DNA of 64,000 nt, from positions 2,666,001-2,730,000 of the forward strand of contig JBLDXI010000033.1 of the NCBI GenBank assembly GCA_047495785.1, read 5' to 3'. Position 1 is the stretch's first letter. Each line of letters begins with the position of its first letter. A program made the translations under genes and the position numbers. Positions 53,147-64,000 of this stretch are shown here, one piece after another. Below the pieces are notes generated by a model. The model was not told the origin of the DNA and did no database searches. It saw nothing but the letters and a program-made list of their open reading frames with translations. The DNA comes from Lepidodermella squamata. Taxonomy: Eukaryota > Animalia > Gastrotricha.

Positions 53147-53292
53147 GCAAACGAAAGTAACGTTCAAGTCATAAAAAGGCCTAAATGTTAAAGGAAAACG
53201 TCTAAATGATATATTTGCAATTTTACTTCACTCTCTTTCCCATCTTCACAAATGATAAAAGCTTAGCATCGGAAAGTCTAACAGCACCGTCT

Positions 53293-53859
53293 TTACGCAG
53301 CAGCCTTGATGTAACCCTTGACTACGTCGAGGGCGGGAGTCTCCTTTCCGTAGTCCTATATTTAGAGAATAAAGTGGTGTGGAAGTTGTTTCAAACGCTA
53401 AAGCAAAACGCCTTATTACCTTGATGACGACACAGCTGGCTCCGACAACCTTGCGAGGTTTGCCATCCTTGTCGAGCTTGCACATACCAGACCACTCACC
53501 GAGTTTCTTGTTGTCTTCAACCTTGATGAGGGGAATTTGATGCTGCTGGCACAGGGCTTCCACAAGCTTAACGTAGGAGGCTTCATTGCAATTCTCAGCA
53601 AGAATGCACAATAGGGCCTCACGCCTGATAAATTCAACTTGAAATTGAGAATATAGAAACAAGTAGACTAAAAATTATACCTGTCCAAGGCCTTGGCGCA
53701 TTCACGAATACCTTTAACAAGACCATCGTGAACGATTGAAGTCTTCATGACTTCGTGGATAGCGGTCTGCAAATCCATAGTTCCGGAAACAGCAGCCTCG
53801 CTAAATATGAAAATCTTATGATTAGAAACAAAAACAATTCCGTCAACTTACACGTCCAT
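53293..53859 (-). CDS. RPS12: 40S ribosomal protein S12 (4 coding exons)
   Basis: [32 protein letters not shown]...[21 protein letters not shown]...[34 protein letters not shown]. Confidence 0.96.
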
Positions 53860-54035
53860 TATTATAGCGGTTTTGTCAACTATTGAACAGAAACCTATGC
53901 ATAAAAAATTTCAATTGAATGAACAAGCCATCCGAATGTGAAGCTGAGCACTGGGCTATGAAGACTAGCCACCATATAGAGACATATGACATAAGACCTA
54001 TGACAAATGATGTCAACGCAGCCCTTTTCCTGTAC

Positions 54036-54050
54036 AAGAAATGGAAGGAG
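54036..54050 (-). promoter_or_regulatory. Possible TCT/5'TOP polypyrimidine start of RPS12
   Basis: Pyrimidine tract ctccttccatttctt on the minus strand ~190 nt upstream of the RPS12 ATG, ahead of a 5'UTR acceptor; typical of ribosomal protein genes. Confidence 0.4.
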
Positions 54051-55250
54051 CGGTCAGAAATGCTATTAGTTTCTTCCGAGAGTAATTCAGAAATTCATTT
54101 GCTTCTTAATTATTACGGTGGGCCACTTTGAGAGCATTCAAGAAAAAATTCACGCTTGTATAACCAGAGTCAGCTGGGTTACAGAGCGATAAACGCGATC
54201 GGATCGAGGCGCTGAGTTCGAAAAAACCTTCGAGATCGTGAAACTTTTGAAGTCGTGGTCTGACGACGTGCGGCACCGTGCTGCAGTTTTAGATCTCCTT
54301 TTCTATAATTCACAGTAATTAATGAGCCAAATTTTCTCATCATTTTGCAAATAAAAATTCAATTATATTTCGTCGCTTGTCCATAATATTTTGCCAAAAT
54401 TTTGAATTTGCGCGGGCATTAAAAAATCGAATGTTTTTAGCCTTCTGAAAGTTGGTTTTGATGTGTGAAGTTTCATGTTGTATCCTCAGGTATTCACAGG
54501 TATTCGCCGTTCGGACTCACTAGCTCTTGGCCCGTAGCTCGTAGCTCCCAGCCAGTGCACCCGTTTCACTAAAAACTGGCATCCAACGTCCAACGGTTGG
54601 CCCGGCCCCTTGAAAGGTTAGCTCAAGGCTCGGTCCTTCCTATGTCAGAGTGATCCTTAGCGAGCTGGTCCCTAGTCCCTGGTACACGGTTCTCTGCGTG
54701 AATGTGGAATGTGGAATATGCTAGTCTTTTGCGTATAAAGCGATGAGATTAACATTAATGCTTATGGTGATAACATTTATCACGCTTCAAACTTCAAAGC
54801 TCTCGTTGTCATGGTCATTACGCTTCTTCGAGTAAACTGCGTTCGTTATTTTGAAATTTAGTAAGAGATATGCGATTCCTTCCAATTCCGATCTTCGATC
54901 CAATTCCATTCCAATCAGTGATTAAATTCCAATCCCTCAATCAAATCCCAATCTATTCTCCAGTCCAAGCCCATTCGACTGAGTTGAGCGTGCAACCGTA
55001 ACTGTCGGGGCTACTGCCTACGTCTATCGTGTAATGTGGTCTAAATATTATTTTGGCCGATGACATGGGCGATAATCACTTTCGGGTACTTGGGACCATT
55101 CTAGCATCATTATGAAGTATTCAATTGTAGCATTGAACATGAATCCTCGCATTTGAATTTTTCATCTCATTGTTTCGTGCTATTGTTATTAATTATTTAT
55201 CACTATATTTCAATCGTGATTTTTAGCTTACATAAAATTATATTCTGATC

Positions 55251-56393
55251 ATGGCTGTGAATGTCTGTGTTACGACCTGCACGACTGATAACATCAGCCG
55301 CCACGATATGCTGCTTTGGATCAATCATACCCTCCAAGCCGATCTTAAAAAAATCGAAGAGCTATGCTCAGGTGCGGTATACTGTCAATTTATGGATATG
55401 CTCTTCCCAGGTTCCGTCCAATTGAAAAAAGTCAAATTCAACACAAAACTCGAACATGGTATGCTGTCAGTTTTCACGTCTATCTATAATACTAATGAGG
55501 TTTCGCTAAAGAGTTCATTCAGAATTTCAAGCTTCTGCAAACTTCGTTCACGAAGTATGCGGTGGATAAACTCATACCCGTGGACAAATTGGTCAAAGGC
55601 CGCTTTCAGGACAATTTCGAAGTTAGTTCATCATAATAGTTGATGTATTGATGTTCATTTGGGCTTTCCTTAGTTTGTGCAATGGTTCCGGAAATTCTTT
55701 GACGCAAACTTTCAAGGTCAAGCTTACGATGCCTTAGCTGCTCGTGAGGGCCAACCTCTTGGAGCCGGCGGTGGCCCGAGTGGTCCTGCTCCCACTTCTC
55801 ACGCTCCAGTTGCGAAAGCAGCTAGCTCTGCTATTGCACACAGTGCCCCGCGAAAATCTGGCGGTACTGGTGCTCCTGGAAAAGCAGGCGATTCGCAACT
55901 TGCACGTCCGCTTACTACGAGTTCAGCTCCAAGAGCGCAGCCTACCAAACAGTCTTCTCTCACCCTGCCGGCTAAAAACGGACATAGCAATCATGCAGCC
56001 ATGGGCAGTGCCGATTCTGCAGCGGTTGTCGAAGACCTAAGGAGACAGTTGGGCGAGTTGTCTACTACCGTCGCTGACCAAACTGTGACTTTGGGAGGTC
56101 TAGAGCGCGAGCGTGACTTTTATTTCGGAAAGCTTCGATCGATCGAAGTTTTGTGCCAAGATCTACAGCAAGCTCAGGGTGCTGGCGTTCTTGTTCCAGC
56201 CCAGCAGGTCCTCGACATTTTGTAAGTTTCTATGAGCAATTCATTCTTATTTTTGTGACTATTAAATATCTGCAGGTATGCGACGGAAGAAGGTTTCCAG
56301 CGTCCTGCTGGCGAGTCAGAATTGCCCACCAATGGCAGCAGCCACGGAAACGGCACTCCGGCCCAAGAAGTTGTCGTGGATGACGAGTATTGA
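55251..56393 (+). CDS. MAPRE1: Microtubule end-binding protein EB1 (4 exons)
   Basis: MAVNV...[12 protein letters not shown] domain, [27 protein letters not shown] domain, ILYATEEGF, C-terminal DEY. Confidence 0.96.
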
Positions 56394-57252
56394 GATGGGC
56401 ATCAGATACAGTATGCCTTGGCTAATGGCCCAACTGAAATTAGTCCGTTAACGAGTATTCTTTATCTGATTCCTACTATTTCATCTTGACCGTGAATAGC
56501 TCTCACTTATTTCATGGATAAAGTTCTATCGTTTTCAAATCTGTCGTGAACCTTACATTTTATATCGCTTGGTTCTCTCGTAAAAATGCGAAGATGAAAC
56601 CTGATAATGTGATGCAAGTCGCTCTTATTGTTCAAATTTAAAAAGTGGCTATTTATTAACAAGTAATTTTTAAAGATAGCTATAAGCTGAAAATTGTACA
56701 TTAAATTGCTTGATTTATCCCCGTTTCCATGGCATGATAATTACATTTCATGATCTTCTCTGCGCCGGTTCGACTGGAACATTCTGGACCAATTTATTCT
56801 TGTGTATAGCTTAACGAGCAATAAACGCATTATGTAGTTCTGTGAATATCATGTACAGGAAGAAATATAACGCGGTGGTACGACCTGGCCTTATGAATGG
56901 CCAGTAAAACAATCACCAGGTACCAACTGCTTTTGTTCGCTCCATGCTTCACCTGCGCGTGTGTATTATTGTGTAGCTTGCTTGGCGGCTTAGTGTGTAG
57001 TTGGGGCTGCCGAGTTATGGTAAACGCAATTTCTTCCGGGAACTCAACGCATGCTTTTGTTTCTCCTTCTCACTTCTCATCATCATCATCAGTCATACAA
57101 ATAATACTATGCGGCGTTAAAAAAGTAAACACCCGTGTGTTGTCTCGTTTTATCATACTTATATTCTGCAGAAATTTAGTAAAGCCAAGGCAGTTTGAAT
57201 ATATGCTGATGTACATTTTGTTTAATAGAAGTACTTAATTTAAGAAAAAATT

Positions 57253-58335
57253 ATGGCTGAAGTTGCGGACATGTCGATGGCAGTGGACAAGGCAATGCCA
57301 GGCAATGAAACCGAAGCTGCGAGTGCACGCAACGCGTCCGACGTGCCATGGATCGAAAAATATCGACCGCGCACGCTAAACGAGGTAGTAGGCAACGAAG
57401 ATATCGTCAGCCGGCTGGAGGTGTTTTCTAAGCAAGGCAACCTGCCCAACATCATTCTCGCAGGTCCACCGGGTAGTGGCAAAACCACGAGCATTTTAGC
57501 TCTCGCTCGATCGATGTTGGGCGACCACGACACGTTCAAACGCGCCGTTCTCGAATTGAACGCCTCGCACGATCGCGGCATTGACGTTGTTAGGAACAAG
57601 ATTAAAAGCTTTGCTCAACAAAAAGTGACGGTCCCAGCCGGAATGCACAAAATTATCATTTTAGACGAAGTTGATTCCATGACTGATGGTGCTCAGCAGG
57701 CGCTTCGCCGTATTATGGAAATGTATTCGAAAACGACGCGTTTCGCACTAGCCTGTAATCAATCTGAAAAAATCATTGAACCTATCCAGTCACGTTGTGC
57801 TGTTTTGCGTTACGGGCGTTTAACCGATGCCCAAGTTCTGGCCCGCCTGATGCTGATTTGCAGGCAAGAGTCCGTTCGCTATGACGACTCCGGCCTTCAG
57901 GCGTTGATTTTTATCGCTCAGGGTGATTTGCGTCAGGCGATTAACGGCCTACAGGCCACCCATCAAGGGTTCGGGTTTGTGAACAGTGAAAACGTTTTCA
58001 AGGTTTGCGACGAACCCCACCCGCTTCTAGTCGGCCAGATGATTGATCACTGCAACAACGCTGGTGGCGGGGCAACCTCAGGCTACCCGGCTGCCTCTGC
58101 GATTCTCCGTCGGTTGTGGGCGCTCGGTTACTCGGCGGATGATGTGTTATCAACTGTTTTCCGTGTCGTCAAATCGCACCAGGGCTTGGCCGAGTACGTT
58201 AAGCTGGAGTTTTTGCGAGAAATCGCCATCACTCAGCTACGTTGCGCCGAGGGTGTCGGCTCGCTGCTGCAGATGTCTGGCCTGTTGGCTCGGTTGTGCG
58301 CCGTTAGTGCTAAGCCGGCTCCAGAGGGAGCGTGA
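57253..58335 (+). CDS. RFC2: Replication factor C subunit 2 (intronless)
   Basis: [69 protein letters not shown]. Confidence 0.95.
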   Translation: MAEVADMSMAVDKAMPGNETEAASARNASDVPWIEKYRPRTLNEVVGNEDIVSRLEVFSKQGNLPNIILAGPPGSGKTTSILALARSMLGDHDTFKRAVLELNASHDRGIDVVRNKIKSFAQQKVTVPAGMHKIIILDEVDSMTDGAQQALRRIMEMYSKTTRFALACNQSEKIIEPIQSRCAVLRYGRLTDAQVLARLMLICRQESVRYDDSGLQALIFIAQGDLRQAINGLQATHQGFGFVNSENVFKVCDEPHPLLVGQMIDHCNNAGGGATSGYPAASAILRRLWALGYSADDVLSTVFRVVKSHQGLAEYVKLEFLREIAITQLRCAEGVGSLLQMSGLLARLCAVSAKPAPEGA

Positions 58336-58543
58336 AACAAACGATCTTCATTAGCAATTCAGTCTCGGTGATAAACAAACCATCTTTTTTTCTCTTACGA
58401 ACGATATTTTGCATGCTTAGGATTTATTCTCTCTCTCTTCTTTGCTCATTGCAAGTAAACACTGGAATCTTTCAGCAAGATGATGTTCTCACTTATAAAT
58501 TCCTGGAATTCTTGATAGATAAGTTATTATTAATAGCAGTGAG

Positions 58544-60848
58544 ATGCCGCCTGTTCTGAGTAAGAGTGGCCAAACGGCCTCGACGGTCTCTTCAGTGCTC
58601 CAGGCAATTCTCACGGGCAACTACTCGGCACTGAAGGCGGCTTCACTGGCCACCCTGGCTCTTTCTGGCGCCTTTTTTGTCGCGTCCCAAATGAAGCAGA
58701 AAGGCAGTAGGTCTGGTACACTCGATCTTGCAGTTTTTCTGGAAAAAGAAAAAGACAATAAGAAAATAGCTATTAACAAAGCATTTTTCGCGTAAGATGA
58801 TCATTGATTTCATTAATTGATATTTACGTGGAATTAATCGGCAGGAAATTGTTCAAGATTTTGCGCATCCTTGTACCTCGGCTGATATGCAAAGAATCCA
58901 TGTTGCTGCTGACTGTTGCTCTATCGCTGGTTGTTCGAACCTGGTGTGATCTTTGGATGATTCAAAATGGAACAAGTATAGAAAAGTAAGCGCAAATGGC
59001 AGTTTTCATTTCCTGGTAACCAGCAATTATATTTCGACAGTGCTATTATTGGCCGGAGCACTCCTCGTTTTCACGATCATCTGATTAAATTCATGTAAGT
59101 TTAACCTGTTTCAAGTTGATTGCGAAGTTGATTCTAATTCCTATGTTTTACCTTTATAGCTGGGCTATGCCACTGATTTCAGTTGTGAACAACATACTAA
59201 AATACTCAATCGACGAACTGAAGCTGAGCTTTAGATCAAGATTGACGAAGCATCTTTACAACCGCTATCTCGACGGTTTCACTTATTACTGGCTGACAAA
59301 TCTCGACAATCGAATTTCTAACCCGGATCAGGTGCTTACGCAAGACGTCGACCGATTCTGCAGCGCCATCGTGGATTTATACTCGAATCTCTGCAAACCG
59401 GTTCTCGACGTCATTCTGTACGTTCGCTTCCTCGGCCTGAGCATGGGCTTCGGCGGTCCAGGTCGCGTTCTCGGCTACTTGATGCTGTCCGGCTTCTTCC
59501 TTACCCGGTTGCGTCGACCCGTTGCGCGAATGACCGTGCGGGAACAGGTCCTCGAAGGCCAGTTCCGATTCGTCAATTCTCGCCTTATCGCTAGCGCTGA
59601 AGAAATCGCGTTCTATGATGGTGCTAAGCGCGAACAAGAGACGATTCTCGGGGTTTTTGGGTCCCTCATCGATCATTTACGCAATTTGCTCAATTTCCGA
59701 ATCGGCATGGGCCTAATCGACAACATTGTTGCGAAATATTTTGCGACAGTCGTCGGTTACTGGGCTGTGTCTCGACCGTTCCTTGACCTCGAAAGCGAGA
59801 AATTCCGCAATTCGACGCATGAGGAGCGGCTTCAGTGCTACTATGAATCCGGTCGAATGATGTACAAAATGGCGGAGGCAACTGGGCGAATTGTGTTGGC
59901 CGGGCGTGAAATGGCTCGGCTCGCCGGTTTTACGGACCGCGTCGCGTCGCTAGTGGACACCCTGGACCAGGTCGCATCTGGTAAATTCCAGCGAGCTCAA
60001 GCCACGGCTAACTTGGTGAAGGATGCTGATGCCGGAAACGCTTTGCCGACCCCTCTCTCCACCCCGTTGCGCAATGAAAGTTCGAGTAAGGTTGACATAT
60101 CAGTGTCGGACGATGGCCTGATCCGGTTCAAGAGAATTCATTTAGCCACCCCTAACGGTGATACGTTGATACCGGATTTGTCCTTCGAAGTCCACGCCGG
60201 GCAAAACGTGTTGATTGCGGGTCCAAACGGCGCCGGCAAAAGCAGTTTGTTCCGAGTGTTGTGCGGCTTGTGGCCGGCTAAGGCTGCCGCGAGTGGTGAG
60301 GCCCAGCTGATCAAGCCGAAACGCGGTCGACTTTTCTACGTGCCTCAAAAGCCGTATCTGTGTGCTGGTACGCTGCGCGATCAAATCATCTACCCCGACT
60401 CGTTTGCATGTATGCGGAAGAAGGGCATCAGCGATGCTGATTTGATTCCGCTGTTGGACGCCGTGCAATTGACGCATATTTTGGACCGGGAAGGCGGCTT
60501 TGATTCGCTGAAAAACTGGTTCGATGTCCTGTCTGGTGGCGAAAAGCAGCGTATTGCGATGGCTCGGCTATTCTACCACCGACCTCAGTTCGCGATTCTC
60601 GACGAGTGTACCTCGGCTGTTAGTGCCGATGCTGAAGATGGCATTTACACTCGTTGTCGTGAGCTTGGCATTACGCTTTTCACTGTTTCACATCGAAAAT
60701 CTGTAAGTTAACTTTTTTGGCTATCAAGTAATTTTATTGCTAAAAATTTCAGCTGTGGAAACATCATGAATTTGTGTTGTATATGGACGGCCGCGGCGCG
60801 TTCGACTTCCGACCCATTACCGAGCATTCTGAGCAATTCGGGTCTTGA
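58544..60848 (+). CDS. ABCD3: Peroxisomal ABC half-transporter ABCD3/PMP70 (5 exons)
   Basis: NLDNRISNPDQVLTQDV, EEIAFY, Walker A GPNGAGKSS, LSGGEKQR, ILDECTSAVS, VSHRKSLWKHHE, C-terminal EQFGS. Confidence 0.93.
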
Positions 60849-61418
60849 GATGCCGGCCTGCCAAATATTCCTACAAAATGACCTTATTTTTGTCTGTTTG
60901 TTACTTGATTTGTCTTCAACTTCTGTCGGTGTCTTCTTGATGAAACTCGGATGTGATTTTGCGATTCGCAAATAACATTGCCATTTTCACCCTCAATGTG
61001 ACCTATACTGAAAGTATTTCATGTGTCAATAAATCAGATGTTATTATTTATCAATGTGTTTGATGAGCTTAGCTTCGCTATTGCTGTCTTGTTTCTCGAT
61101 GCTGACTAATTTAAATTATGTATTTAAATCGAACAACAATTATAGCTGAATAAAATCGAAAATGTGAAGGCAAGCAACAGTCATCTTTACATTGAAATAT
61201 GCGTCGGTTTATTATTTCACAATATATAGGTAACCTATTAAATTTCAAACGCTAGAAGTCATTGAAGATATGAGCTGCTCGACCAGCTGAGTCACTCGGA
61301 TTAATTTGGTAAATCTAACTTTCGGATTATCACGAAATTATGCGGGCGTCCCAGTACAAGAAAAAGGAAACATGAAAAAATTGAATATTTGACTAGAACG
61401 ATCATGGTCTGAACCAAG

Positions 61419-61841
61419 TTACTTGCCAGAAAAGAGGGATTCGCCATTTTCATCGTAGGTGCTGGGAGTGACCGAGAGAGCCATCGTTGATTGAATGAGA
61501 TACCTTACGGTGGATGAACCGGACTTGACTAACGAAGTCTTTTCATCCGCCTTATTCTTGTTTCTATTCTTCAACCACACGTAACCTACGACAGCCAAAC
61601 TTATTAGAACGATAACCAGTGATGGAAAAACTGTCATAGTTATAGCAAATGGTGTTGGTTTTAAGGTTGGCTGGGGGTTCATGTCAATTCGTGTGCCGGT
61701 AGCTGAGTCATCGTCAGAATCGACAAATGCATTCTCCATCGGCTCGAGAATCGGCTCGAGAATATGTTCAACAGCTTGCGATGTCACCTGCTGCCACCCA
61801 ACTCGCATGAATCGGCGCCTGTTGATGAAGGAAGCAACCAT
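61419..61841 (-). CDS. Putative orphan single-pass membrane protein (may be incomplete)
   Basis: Hydrophobic helix FPSLVIVLISLAVVGYVWL followed by basic KNRNKNK; start uncertain; no family recognised. Confidence 0.45.
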   Translation of the reverse strand: MVASFINRRRFMRVGWQQVTSQAVEHILEPILEPMENAFVDSDDDSATGTRIDMNPQPTLKPTPFAITMTVFPSLVIVLISLAVVGYVWLKNRNKNKADEKTSLVKSGSSTVRYLIQSTMALSVTPSTYDENGESLFSGK

Positions 61842-63068
61842 ATTATCGCAGCTGTTGAGAAAAGTGGCAATCTAGAATCCCAGACGATCCACCTCACGCG
61901 ATACAAAATTGTTCGAAGTGAACTTGCGCCGCCGAATTTTTCTAGCTACGTTGCTTATTGGCAGTATCATGTTTATAGGAACATTTTCCGTGGAAAAGAA
62001 AGTTTCATCAATGACTTGAAGGGAGACGAATATTAATATTTGATGATTACGTCAATTTTGACCGTTATAAGGCGTTCACTATAAGCGAATCTCATTTCTT
62101 GCTTCTCAAATTGCACTGCAAAGTGCGAACTGATCAATGAAATGCGGAGACCTGATGACTCATGATGAAATCTGAGTTAACTAATCAACTGAGAGCCACA
62201 ATTTATGAATGATTATCAACAGTAGAAAAATCTCTCATATAAAAATGGACGAGTCGTTGAAAGTAAAAAATTGTCAGGGTCAGAATTTTGGCAATACAGA
62301 ATAATGAGGACGAAAAAAAGATGAGAAAATATAAAAGGGTTATAAAATCTACTTCTTATATGCTTGATACAGGCTTTGTAAATAGTCTGTCGTTGTAAAA
62401 AAACTGTTAGCTTGTTTCCACTGCTATTTACAGGCTACGAAGCGTTTCGCTGCGATTCACGAGACTGCACACATACAGCAACGTTGCTGCACTCGTAACA
62501 CGAGCAAATCTATTAGGTAGTATCTTTTTTTATGGCTGGTGCATGTTTTGTAATATATCTTTCTTTTAATACTATCATCTGCTTGAGATCTCTAATTGTT
62601 CTAGTTTGTTTCGCTAGTTGCTTTACCTCTAAAATAGCATAGATTGTTCCAACTCGAGACTTTTGATTTTATCTCTGCTTGCTGTATAGCTTAGTTGAAT
62701 CTAAAATCAACATAATAGTCTGAAGACTTGTTTGCTCAACTCACGAGTATAGAACGAGTAAAAATCCAACTGCATGTAAGGACCATTCGGACTGATATGT
62801 GTTTGTCAAGCTTAGCGAATTTTTTCCTTGTTTTGACCGATATTTCGCATATGCTCACGTCACGACAGGTATACCATAAACGTTAAGTGAAGGGAGGTAT
62901 TTATAATTTACTGATAACGTTTCCTAATGCGATATATTCTCACCTGTTGTTCTAGATACTCGATTCTTAGCTATTAAAATGTTTATTATAGATATAGCGC
63001 AGTAGTGTGAGAGAATTTGAATTGCTTCGAGCATTGATGCGAAGCCCGGCATTGATTCCTATTCACAG

Positions 63069-64000
63069 ATGGCAATTGAAAGAAGTGCGGCGAGCGAGAA
63101 AAGCGAAGCCGCTAAATCGGAGCTTCAGCCCTTGGATGGCGACAAACTACCGCTAAACGATTCTAACCAGAGGTGGACCATCCACTTGGTTTTCTCATGC
63201 TTTGCCTCGGTGCTTGGAACGTCGTTTTTACTCGGCTACTGCTCTTCAGTTGTGAACGCGCCCTATGAAGTCATATCTCGCTTCGTTAACGAATCTTACC
63301 ACGAGCAAAGTGGTGAATATCTATCGGTAGATGAACTTGAAATGCAATGGGCTTTCGTTGTTTCGCTTTACCTGCTTGGCGGGGCGATCGGGTCCTGCTG
63401 GTTTCCTGTTATCATGTCCAATAAATTCGGAAGGTTAGCTCATCATCACAGCCGATGGTTTTTAACGTCACTTTTTGTTACAGAAAGCGATCTCTGTTGC
63501 TTGTTGCTCCAATCGGTGCTGTTGGAGGGTTCCTCAGCTTCATAGCGCCGTATACCGGAAGTTATATCCCGCTTATGACCGGGCGTTTCGTGGCTGGGCT
63601 CCAATCAGGCTTTGTCATGGTAATTGTGCCAACGCTGTTGGTCGAACTCGCACCTGTGCGACTACGAGGAGCCTGCGGTAGTTTCAGCGAACTGGCTTTT
63701 GTCGTTGGCGAAGCACTTGCCAGCCTTATAGCCCTGCGATTCGCTCTAGGCACTGAGCAGCTATGGTGCTACTTGTTCGGTATGTTAGCAATTTATTTAT
63801 ACGATAACTTTGAATTCAATTTCTGATCTCCATTGAAGGAATGGTCACAGTCATATGCGTGATTCACGCGGTTCTGCTGTTTTTCACCTCTGAGAGTCCG
63901 CGATGGCTCGTCGATGTCGGGCAAGAAGACCAGGCGAAAAAAGGTTGTATCATTGAAGTTAATTTCATTCAGGTTCTTAATTTTCCTCCCTTCAGAATTG
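63069..64000 (+). CDS. SLC2A/GLUT facilitated sugar transporter (MFS), 5' part, runs off the window
   Basis: FLLGYCSSVVNAP, NKFGRK, GRFVAG, ELAPVRLRGACG, GTEQLW and ESPRWL sugar-porter motifs across GT-AG introns. Confidence 0.92.

Noticed and set aside
53895-54030. Possible intronic H/ACA snoRNA in the RPS12 5' region (two small hairpins, an ACA)
   Set aside because: No convincing H box on the sense strand; needs an Infernal or snoRNA scan.
54165-54240. B-box-like gagttcga suggesting a tRNA
   Set aside because: No cloverleaf or acceptor stem could be formed.
54875-54975. TTCCA/ATCC-rich stretch
   Set aside because: Degenerate low-complexity sequence without a stable period.
62060-62095. 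cgttataa...ttcactataagcga motif similar to the 44-kb MITE end
   Set aside because: Only a short one-sided remnant; no partner TIR found.
1-64000. Alternative genetic code or widespread non-canonical splicing to explain the fragmented ORFs
   Set aside because: The conserved genes I traced reconstruct with the standard code and GT-AG introns.

Overview
Gene-dense eukaryotic (invertebrate metazoan) DNA with mostly short (~35-110 nt) GT-AG introns, so the ORF track fragments most genes. I reconstructed spliced models by eye. Recognisable genes, in order: RNF170, an orphan single-pass membrane protein, MDC1-like (FHA + tandem BRCT, with a 2.46-kb intron holding a decaying antisense duplicated gene), ASF1, PEX3, METTL4, NIPP1/PPP1R8, four divergent Cys-loop ligand-gated ion channel genes, ORC1, an orphan PxVxL-motif gene, vasa/DDX4, hyccin/FAM126, USP48, RPS12, EB1, RFC2, ABCD3, a second orphan membrane protein and the 5' part of an SLC2A sugar transporter. 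Two MITEs and a small perfect hairpin are also present. The best candidate for an undescribed system is the 16-kb four-gene channel cluster. All four subunits have lost the acetylcholine aromatic box and loop-C cysteines, share basic residues on the complementary face, and carry an unusual E-R-V-P pore motif; one has a zinc-finger-like module in its intracellular loop. The housekeeping genes also sit in very tight co-oriented runs with splice acceptors just before the ATG, suggesting trans-spliced operons. The species cannot be identified from sequence alone, no database searches were run, and exon boundaries are manual.
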